A stretch of 48,901 nucleotides of DNA, filler included, from Bipalium vagum (Eukaryota), in the NCBI GenBank assembly GCA_037834085.1. It is 2 parts of 2 records of this genome, joined end to end, with 100 filler letters (N's around TTAATTAATTAA, not from the genome) between each part and the next. Parts side by side here need not be neighbours in the genome. Positions count along the whole stretch, not along the records: positions 1 to 20,714 come from JBBMKC010247967.1; positions 20,815 to 48,901 come from JBBMKC010068672.1. One strand, 5' to 3'. How positions within the stretch are numbered: the first letter of the stretch is position 1; each line of letters starts with the position of its first letter. Below, piece by piece: positions 12,666 to 48,901 of the stretch. A program made the position numbers and the translations under genes. Below the pieces are notes generated by a model. The model was not told the origin of the DNA. It worked only from the letters and a program-made list of their open reading frames with translations, and did no database searches.

Positions 12666-15622
12666 CATATAAATTTATTTTTAATTAAAATAAACATGAA
12701 ATCATTTTTATGATTTATTTATGATAAAATGACGTTTTATTTTTATGACTATTGAATTCTAACCCTTTTATATTCTTTCAGTGATTGTTCTTATTTTTTT
12801 TATCATCTGCAGTAACATTTTTTTACGCAGAATGTTTTTATAAAAATGAATAACAAATTTAAGATAAGATTCTGACGAACTTTAATTTTTTTTAATTTTA
12901 TAACTATTAAGTATTTATTCAAAGTTTTTAAGGTAACCAAAGGATGTTAAATGATTGAATAAATGTATTCTGTTAGAAAAGATAATTCCAGTTTTACCGC
13001 AAAAATGTCAGTTTGAATAGAAAAACGTTTTCTTTTCAAGTTAATTTTCTACCAAAATTTTATAAGGCCTTTGTGGTTTCCTCTTTGAGTCCAAAAACTT
13101 AGCAGATCCAACGAAATCTGAAGATTATTTATGTAGAACATATAAAAAATATTTTTTATTATCAGATGATTTATTCAAGTCTTAATCGGTTGTATTTAAT
13201 ATATTTATCTTACATTTAGGTCATATTATATAAAGGACACGAGAGAAATCATGTTTAAGACTCACCAGGCACAATTAGGATAAAAATTAAAGAATTTAAT
13301 TCTTCAAAGAGACAGCAGAATTCTATTGATGATCACAATGGTTATGATCTCGTTCAATTTCCAATTCCATTAAAGAATAGATTGACATTGGCATAGATAT
13401 GGGTATCTCAGCTAAATATAGATTGTCTGGTATATCTTATATTAAAATTCAGATTTTAATGACAAACTTAATGGTAATTATTATTTTGACATTTATAAAG
13501 AGAAATGCTTTTCATATATTGAGGATAAGCCAACATGGTACTATTTCCAGCTGGCTGGTAAAAATAATGATTATAGGAGAAATTTAGGGAATATTTTCTG
13601 AAACATAATCCAAATTAATGAATTCTTTAAATAATAGAGTCTAAATAATAATTGTAAAAAAGAACACGATTTATACATTTCGGTATTAATTACCCTTTTA
13701 GGCAACCCTTAAACCAAAACAATAATAATTTATGTAAAAATTATAATTTTTAATGAAGTATCCAATTGATTTTGGTCCTTTAGATCACCTTGAAGACCAT
13801 TAACAAGCATTTCATGTTGTTGGAAGGTCAAAATTTTGATGGCTCAGGTTTGTAAAATATATTTTTCAGTTCCTTTACCTACATTTGACATGATTGGTAA
13901 ATTGAAAGCTGTTATAGTCCTCTCTGGTTGAATTCTTTCTTACAACTTTTGATAAAAATTTACCAAAATTTCATATGGACCCGATTTATACTCTTGTAAA
14001 ATCGATGCTTAATTTAAAATAATTTAAATTAAATTTAAAGTAACAAAATCCAGCGATAAATAGTTTTATTATTATCTTCATACTCTTTTTTAATTCAACA
14101 AAGATATTCTAATTGAAGCTTTCTCAAAAGCGAAAATCTAATTACGCTTCGATATTCAAATAGCTCAATTTTGAAAATTCCAAATTAGTGTTTAAATGTT
14201 ATAAAAATATTCCTTAAATTAAAATAATTGATATTATTTAACTGAATTTTTTTAGTATCAATATCACTGGCTAACAAGAAGCCATTTTTTTCATTTAAAT
14301 TTAATTACTTATTAGTTGTACTATGTATTACATAATACTACTTGGTTTTATAATTTACTTCTACTTAATTATGGCATAGATTAAAAATGGTCATTCAACG
14401 CTGACGCATGTATGTTTATGCTGAACAAACCAGAAATATCTTTCAAGTTTTTAAAGTTATATTATTTTATAAGAAATATATACAAATACAATTAAGCATT
14501 GCATATGAAAGAAAATATTATTCAAATAATCACTATAACTTTGTCTAGGGATATCAAGTATGGTTAGAATCCAAATTTTCAATTACATTTCGACTATAAT
14601 TCGACTTATTTACATTCTATTATAAAACATGTTAAACTATTTTATTGGAACAATTTTTTGTTTAAATTATGTTATTAAATTTGAATATAATTACATAAAT
14701 AATGTAAAAAATCATATGAAATGATTTGTTTTCTGAAAGAAATATGACAGTAAAAATTTAATTATCTGAACTTGAAGTTACTTTTTTTGCTTCGACGTAT
14801 ATATAATATTCTTATGTATTCTTACTGCGCTTCTAGTTATAATACCTTGATCTCATAAATTCTTATTAAAAAGATAACAAAATTTCCAAAAACTTTTCTC
14901 TTAATCTTCGAATTACAGTTTCTTTTCGTGTATTCTCCATCTTGTTTTTCTTATCATCTCAAAAATATTTTTCTTTTTCAATTAAAAATATGTTTATTTT
15001 AGAAATAATTGTGACAGAAAATATTTAATTTTTTTATACATATATTCATGTCCTGTTTCATTTCAGTACACTTTTACAAAATAATTATATATATTTAGCG
15101 GGATAAATATGAAAGGTCAAATAAGGAGAAAATAAGTTTGTAAGGTTTTATAGACAAAAAAATCTTTTCAAAATCAGGTATTATCAATTTCCTTTCGAAA
15201 ATGACATAGGATTTCTCTTTATTTCATCTTATTACCTAAGTAAATAATGAATAGATCATTGACGGACCAGTAATGTCTAAATAAATACCTTAAAATTAAG
15301 AAAATCCCCTTGATTTCTTTGATTTGTTTAAATTTTAGGTTGTGATTCTGAAGTAATATACAACACTACAAATAAAACATCATACAAAAAATTTTGAAAA
15401 TAAATAGGTGAAAATATAATTGCAGAGAAAAAAATTATTTTATAATAATAAATTATATATCTCTGTATCATCACCCTTCTTTCTCCAAGTAGTATAAGAA
15501 AAAATTGGAGCTACATTCACAATATTTTTTTTCTTTTATGTTTAATCTTAATTCCGTTTCTGAAACCTTCTTTGTTTCATTTATCTATATCACCAAAGAA
15601 TAAGAAAGAAGCGTAAATAATA

Positions 15623-16180
15623 CAGGCTGTTCCAAAGTCAAGGAAAAAAGTAAATGATGAAAAAAATTTACATAAAATTCGTAATATTAATGACAAATAA
15701 TATATTTAATCAGTCAAATACTCCAGTTTTTCCTATAAGTTGTTCTCAAAATGCTTTCCTTCAAAGATAAATCAATTCTTCGTGGGAAGAACAAATATTG
15801 TAGTTTGTAACTCTTCGAGAGTAAAACTACAGCATTCTTCTTTTATTCGGTTTTCCAGTTCCATAATATTTTTTGATGTTTTGTAATGGTTAATCCTTAC
15901 CTTCAGTAAACCCCAAAACCAATAATCAACTAGTGTCAGGTCTGTTGAACGAGAAGGCCAATTTTTGGCACATCACCGAATATGATCTTTTGCTGACCAA
16001 ATGTTTCATTAAAATATTTTCGGATATTATTAACAAAATGATGGGGTGCTCATCCTGCATGAAGTACTTTGATTTCATTAATTTTCCTTTTATAAGTCCA
16101 GGATGAACTACATTTTTGAACCTGTCAAGTTTATTATTCTTATTTATAGTTTCATAGACGAAAAATTGTTCCATAACGAA
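15623..16180 (-). pseudogene. Tc3-like (Tc1/mariner) transposase relic, C-terminal part plus TIR
   Basis: FMQDEHP followed, after a frameshift, by WPSRSTDLTLVDYWFWGLLK...GKHFENNL* (consensus FQQDGAPxH...WPxRSPDLTPLDFFLWGxLK...GxHFE). TA-CAGGCTGTTCCA terminus at 15621. Confidence 0.85.
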
Positions 16181-17109
16181 TTTGGAATTGAATGAATTTG
16201 TATGAAAGAAAAATACCAGTTTAACTTAACAATTGTTAAAATATTATTAATTTTGTTTAAATGTATTCATTTAATTGAAAAAATAATTTTAAAAATAAAT
16301 TTTAAGTTATAAAATTGAACTATACAAATATCTCTTTTATGGAAGTCTACACTTTATTTATTTAACCAGGAAAGTTTGGATAGCTCTGTTTTATTAAACA
16401 TTTAACTCTTAATTTCACTTTAAAAAATGAATTATTTAAAATTATTTGACTATTTTCTCCACTTTTCATTTGAGATCCTGTAACCGCCTACTGGAATCTT
16501 AGATTTCGCATTGTCTGTAACATATGCCAATAAACCTGTCGAGATCTTTGTAGAATTTGATATCTCTTAGTTCTAGAGTGATTATTCGTGCCTTCACGTT
16601 AAATGAACATAATGAAAATGCATAAATCTGTTTTTAATATAATGAATTTTTTAATTATAGTGATAATAAATTGACTGACTGTTTCATGAGAATGAAACAG
16701 AACATAATTGAAAATAAATATAATATTGTTGGTCGTAAAACTCGAATAACTCTACAATTGTACAGTGAGAATAGAAAATAATAAAAATATTATTTATTTG
16801 CATTTCTATGAAATAAATAAATATATTTAATATCTTTTGTTCAAAAATGAAAACATGATATAATACCAATGTTAAGATTTATTTCCTTGATTTTTGTTTG
16901 AATGAATTTCAGAAAAATATTTTGAATTTTATTGAAAGAATTTCTTCGTAAATTATAGATATTCTTATTTATATTAGATTATTCTTATATACTTTGTCCA
17001 ATATATTTTACAACAAATAAATCAATGAAGATAGAACGATCTAGTCAGTGTATTTAAATAATTTGATAGGTATACAGTAATATGAAAGTCTATACAATAA
17101 AATTATTCG

Positions 17110-17955
17110 ATGTGATCTTCAATAGCTGCCACAACCGCTACTTGTTTATTTTACTTCTTCTCGGTTCAAATGCCCCATGAATTTATTGAAAGAGGCCACA
17201 AATTGGGTGACCAAATGTAGGCGAGATTTCATAAGCCAATACTTGAGAGTTTCTTGTTTTATGAGTCGGAACAGTGTCTTGTTAGAATGCATACTTTCTT
17301 CCATATACTAGCTTGTCGATGGAGTTTCACAACTACCCCTAGTATGTTAATATATAGATCTCGCCGTCTGCGGGCCTTCTTGAAAATTGACTTCACCTTC
17401 ACAAGATATGAGGATAGACATCATGACAGATGCTTTAAACTTATAATGCAAGACCGGCGGAACATCATTTCCAGTGTTCATTTTGTGGATTGACTTTTCT
17501 GTATGAAACGATGTATTTCTCACCGGGAAAGTACTTAAAAACCCAATGATATCATTCTTGTGTCATTATATAAACTATATACCTTAAGTTAATAGATTGA
17601 ATTTTTCTTTTCTGTCTAGAGGCGTTTTGGTCGAATAACACGATTGCATCATTTCTTTTTGATACAGAAAATATTATCTTTCTTTTATTTCCTTTGCTAA
17701 GTCAGCTAGATTTCTTGAGTTATCTGCATCAATTTTCTTTTTGAAATCGGCTATGACATTTTTATTTCTTTTTGAGTCATTAAGTTTGATGTTAGTTTTT
17801 CAATTTACATTTAAATTATCTTTGCCATTATGCTCATTAAATCTTAAGTGAAGTGCTGTCCTGATATGGTCAAACCAATCAATATTTTTTTTTAACTTTA
17901 TCTCATCACGAAACGATTCTAGCACTGCTGCTCTTCTCTTTTGTATTCTGAATTC
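17110..17955 (-). pseudogene. DD37D (maT/Bmmar1-like) transposase relic
   Basis: EYKRRAAVLESFR at the N-terminus, then DVPPVLHYKFKASVMMSILISCEGEV, LYINILGVVVK and GRKYAF*QDTVPTHKTRNSQ (consensus KTKFPAxVMVxGxVSSEGDV...VVKPW...GRPYVFQQDSAPxH). Confidence 0.75.
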
Positions 17956-18229
17956 AAATTATAAAATTTATTTATAATATTAATAAGTTAGATCAATTAA
18001 ACAAATAAAGGTTAGATAGATTTTATAGTGGTAGAAAATAATGATAGATCTGATATAGCAATTGGAAGTAAAAGAAGTAACAGGCACAGAAATAGAAGAT
18101 CCAAATTAAGTTGAGCTAGAAGATAAAAGGGACCGATCAGCATTTTTGGAACATATCATCATCTGAGAAATCGATGTCATAAGAACTTTAAGACAATTTT
18201 TGCTAGAATTCCGTCATTGTAGAACTTCT

Positions 18230-18876
18230 CCGATTTTTTGCTGAAAAATTGAGATATGTGGTTTTTCGTTTCTTCTTTTAAATCAGTTTACACCATCAAA
18301 AAAGTTTTTTAGTGAACGAAACAAATAATAGTTCCACGGTCCAATATCCGGACTTTAAGGAAGATGCAACAAAACTTCCCAATCAAAGTTCTTCAATTTT
18401 CACTAAGTTATCAAAGACAGATGTGGTCTTGCGTTGTCATGGTGAAACAAAACGCCTTTCCTATTGATCAATTCTGGCAGCTTTATTGCAATTGCCTGCT
18501 GTACTCTATTTAATTGTTGACAGTAGAGAATAGAGTTAACATTTGATTTGCTTAGACTATTTCTAGATAGATAATTCCTTTGTAATCTCACGAGATGCAA
18601 GCATGACCTTCCTTGGTGTCAATTTTGGCTTTAAGACGGTTTGTGGGCAGAAAGAAATCGGTGGAAACTTTTTAGACAACCAAATTTTATACAAAAGGCA
18701 TATTTTAATATATATTTCAAAACCTTTCCAGATCACGTATTTCCGTGTGTTTTGCACTTAATGGACACCCTCTGTCTCTCATTATATTACGATAAGTTGG
18801 GTTACTCAGCTATCAGAATTTGGTTATTATTTTGTGACCTATTAGTTTTTATCAATAAAGTTTCATAGAAACCCAA
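18230..18876 (-). pseudogene. mariner (DD34D) transposase relic
   Basis: KPKLTPRKVML...DYKGIIYLE...PELINRKGVLFHHDNARPHLSLIT...FDWEVLLHLP*SPDIGPWNYYLFRSLKNFFDG. TA-TTGGGTTTC TIR-like end at about 18876. Confidence 0.92.
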
Positions 18877-19610
18877 TAAAATCACACCCTATACATGGAG
18901 TCAGAAACTATTATGGAAAAATTCTACTGAAATAAAATTATTTATTAATTGATATTCATCAAGTCTGTGGCATTATAATGTACACCTTTCTACTTTTAGT
19001 GAGTAAAAATTCCATTTCTGAAATTTGAGACTTTTAAAAGTTTTGAGAAATTTGAATTATAAAAGCAAAATAAAACCAAAACCAGTTACGTTGTAAATTA
19101 TTTTTTCTTGTTTATAAACTGAAATAAATAATGAATAATAATTGATTAACAGTGACAAGTTGATATAGATTTAATGTGATGGTCTATATTGTGAGTATTG
19201 CAGATAAACCGGATTTCCGTTAATGTATTTTCAATACTCAACATTTTCCACCCATTTATATATTATTTAACATTTTAAAAAATTTGGTGATGATTTTTCA
19301 AAACCAGCTGGTGATTGTTTAAATGTTATAAAATACGCAAGTGGTATAAATAAGCAGATTATCATTTAACAGGAATAGCAAAATACCCTTTGGTGTAATT
19401 TATTTTTATTGAAACAAATAGAAAAGGGTCAAATATTTACTAAAAATCACAAGGGTTATTTGTGATGGAACAGTTGGGACTCAAGCATATTCTTTTTGCT
19501 AAATCAATTTGTTTTATGGAAATGAAATAACAGAAATTGTTTGGTTAATTAAAGGGTTAGTTTTTTCTTGGTATTTATAAATTACCCTGAGTTAACTCGA
19601 TGTTCTAAAT

Positions 19611-19979
19611 CAATGGTTCTCAACCCTAATGTCTCGACTCCAAATGGGGTTGGCAAGCATTTTTAAAGGGGTCACAGAATTATGGTAGGTGTACAAACCA
19701 TGACATTGAAAAATTGTGTTTTATGATATTGTTAAATATATATATATATATATATATAAATAACTACTTCTGTCCACAATCACCTTAACAGATAATTACC
19801 TTAATTGATAAACTTGTGAAAGTTAAACACTATCAGCGTTCTCATTAACTTGTTGCAAATTGGTTTTATTAAATATATGAGTTATGACTTATTTTTAGTA
19901 ATATTGATTTTCTTTGGGGTCGCCAAGATCTTAAAAGTAGGAAGATGGCTCGCCATAGAAAAAAGGTTGAAAATCACTG
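19611..19979. mobile_element. hAT (Charlie-type) MITE, copy 2, with 8-bp TSD
   Basis: TIRs CAATGGTTCTCAACC...GGTTGAAAATCACTG. Perfect TTCTAAAT duplication at 19603-19610 and 19980-19987. Internal (TA)n. Confidence 0.9.
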
Positions 19980-20714
19980 TTCTAAATGAAAGAGAGTGAT
20001 CTTCATAATTTGTAAATGTTTATTTCTGATTTTCCCTAAAATGTAAAAATATCGAAGTTGAAAGAGACCATGTATAATAAGCCTAGAACTGGATATAAAT
20101 GAAAATGCGATTGAAGATTTATCTCGTTAATTTAGGTTTAAAAGTCGTTAATTTACACTATCTTGCTATTCTCTAATTTTAATAAAGAAACTGTTTAAAA
20201 GCGTATTTAGATTAATTTTAATTGTTAATAAAATTTTTAGAAAAAAAGATTTTTAATTTTTATACAAAACATAATTTTTGTAATCTGAAATAAAGAAAAA
20301 ATATAATAATTATAACTGTCAATATTTTGATTATTAAACAAGCCCATAATCTATCTGAATTCACAAACATCAAATGGCTTCTGCAAAAAGAGAATAATAA
20401 ACTCTCAAGTTTAAAACTACTCAAATTTTCATTAATAATATAATTAAATAATAAAAAATAAAATAAATAAATTCTTTGCTTTTAAATTCACAGTCAAGTG
20501 TATAAAAAAGTGTTGGAAAATTATATTAAGTCTTATTAAAACTGTAAGAAAAAACAATTACCATAATTAATTTTCCTCTCTTACCACACATCTACTTAAT
20601 TAGACAAAGAAAAGAATAATATAAAAATATCGTATTATTATTAGGTGAGTCAGAAAGTAACCTCATTTTTCTAATTGTTAAAATTAATTGCTAAATATTG
20701 ACGATTATATTGTT

Positions 20715-20814
20715 NNNNNNNNNNNNNNNNNNNNNNNNNNNNNNNNNNNNNNNNNNNNTTAATTAATTAANNNNNNNNNNNNNNNNNNNNNNNNNNNNNN
20801 NNNNNNNNNNNNNN
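20715..20814. other. Artificial contig spacer N44-TTAATTAATTAA-N44
   Basis: Symmetric 100-nt block. TTAATTAATTAA gives stops in all six frames and is a known pseudomolecule linker. Confidence 0.93.
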
Positions 20815-47384
<26,570 letters not shown>

Positions 47385-48901
47385 CTGAGAAAAGAAACGT
47401 GCAACTCAATCATACCAATTATTAATAATCATCAAAACGAACCGATCTCGTATTTTCGCTCATAAGTAAACCTATTGAACAGTTCAAATCATCGATCAGT
47501 AATTAAAACCAGTTATAGATCCACTTGATAAAGTCAAGGTCTACATGGCTCATGTCACAATATCAGATAACAGTGCCAGTTGAATGTGGACTGTTTGGGT
47601 CGAAATGTGACACAGCAACCGAAATATATTTACCAATTTGTTTCAGAAAGAGGCAAAAAGAAAGAGAAGACGAAAGGTCAGAGGGAGACAGTGATATGAC
47701 ATGATGAAGGAAAATATTAAAAGTGCTCAGGAGAACCGAGGACTACGGAGCAAATTTAATCTGGAAATCGAAAGCCAAAATTAATTTTCATTCAAATAAA
47801 AATTGCGGGGGGCGGTTCAAAGAAAGTTAAGAAGTATTTCAAAATCGATTGGTTTAGTTTTTGAACCAATCATTTCAACTGTCTTCCGATGTTACAGGTG
47901 ATGTTAATGCATTTTGTTTGAAAGGAACTACCTATCAAATTCGTGAGAGATTCAGAGGAAAGAAATCGAAAAGAAGAGAAAGTCTCCGATAATCAAGTGG
48001 GAAAACGGATCGTTTCGATTGATATATGAAATAATGCAAGACTGTGATCAATATCGGTTTTATTGTTAAACATTCAGAGAGAGAGAGAGAGCTGGCTCGT
48101 TTTTTCAACAGATGTGACATTTTCATTCAGCTGACCTCTTCACTTTGAAAACGACCAAGTAACAATCGCTGTGACAGATGAAATTAGAATGTGAGGTCGA
48201 AAGTGCACAAGTTTCATTTTTCAATCAATAACCCTTTCAAAATCTGTCTTATCGGACAGCAACAGCCATGATAAATTATTCTCACCTTTTGACATGGTCT
48301 CAGCCAATTTACATTTCAATTACTGGACCGATTTTTTATAATATTCTGAAAGAAAGAATTGAAGGAATTGAGAGAGATTAGAGAGAAACCGAACCTGGTG
48401 GATACTTTTCTTTGGTAATGATAAGAGAAGAATAGGCCTCAATGAACAACCCTTTACAACCGACTCCTTAGTTGCTTAGTCTGGTAGAGGTACAAACTGT
48501 CATCACTGAACCGTATGTCATCTAATATGAAAAGATCTTGCCACTTTCAATCCATACTATCTAACGACTACAGATACCATTAACGAGTAAGAACGTGGAA
48601 ATAGACTACTTCGACCCTTCAATTTGAAACTTTATTATTTACTATCATTCTCGATAGGGAATATATCAGCCAATGTTTTGTTCAATACTCTTTAACTATT
48701 ATCAATAGAACCGTTGTTGTAAATATCGATGCCTTGATGTTTCCAGTGAACCGGACTTATAAGAATGTAACCTTTATCCCTTAAGCTTTTGAATACCAGA
48801 ATCACCAGAATCGAAAAGCATGGAAAATTAAATGACCTTCACCAAAACGGTTAATATGTCACGAATATATGTCATGCATGTATTATAAATATTTTATTAA
48901 A

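Noticed and set aside
7000-14000. Short AT-rich ORFs (7039, 8198, 9448, 11388, 12241, 13399) as genes
   Set aside because: Composition-driven or within repeats. 13.2-13.9 kb may be another mariner relic but is too decayed to call.
20759-20770. Palindromic TTAATTAATTAA as a biological site
   Set aside because: Centred in symmetric N runs. It is an assembly linker.
47385-48901. Further upstream LYST exons
   Set aside because: Candidate splice sites exist (about 48169, 48286-48345, 48395), but I could not build a phase-consistent, homology-supported chain. Part of the region looks like another mariner relic.

Overview
AT-rich eukaryotic genomic DNA (probably animal; the species cannot be identified from this window). 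It has two halves joined by an artificial 100-nt spacer (N44-TTAATTAATTAA-N44, 20715-20814). The left half (1-20.7 kb) shows no host gene I can support. It is a graveyard of decayed mobile elements: mariner DD34D, Tc3-like, DD37D/maT and Merlin/ISXO2 transposase relics, hAT MITEs and solo LTRs. The right half (20.8-47.4 kb or further) is one minus-strand, many-exon gene for a highly diverged LYST/CHS1/Beige lysosomal-trafficking regulator (ConA-like lectin, helical region, PH, BEACH, WD40). I traced about 30 GT-AG exons by hand and their phases close, apart from an ambiguous stretch at 31.5-33.4 kb that needs microexons. Its 5' part lies beyond or near the window end, and its last WD40 exons run into the spacer. 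Intron sizes are bimodal: 40-56 nt minimal introns versus 0.5-2 kb introns, most holding a decayed Tc1/mariner copy, usually in the gene's own orientation. I found no clear new multi-gene system. The best leads are a possibly exonised transposase fragment, frame-restoring microexons, relaxed splice signals, and a solo LTR inserted just before the first catalytic Asp of a Merlin transposase. All homology calls come from recalled motifs, not database searches.
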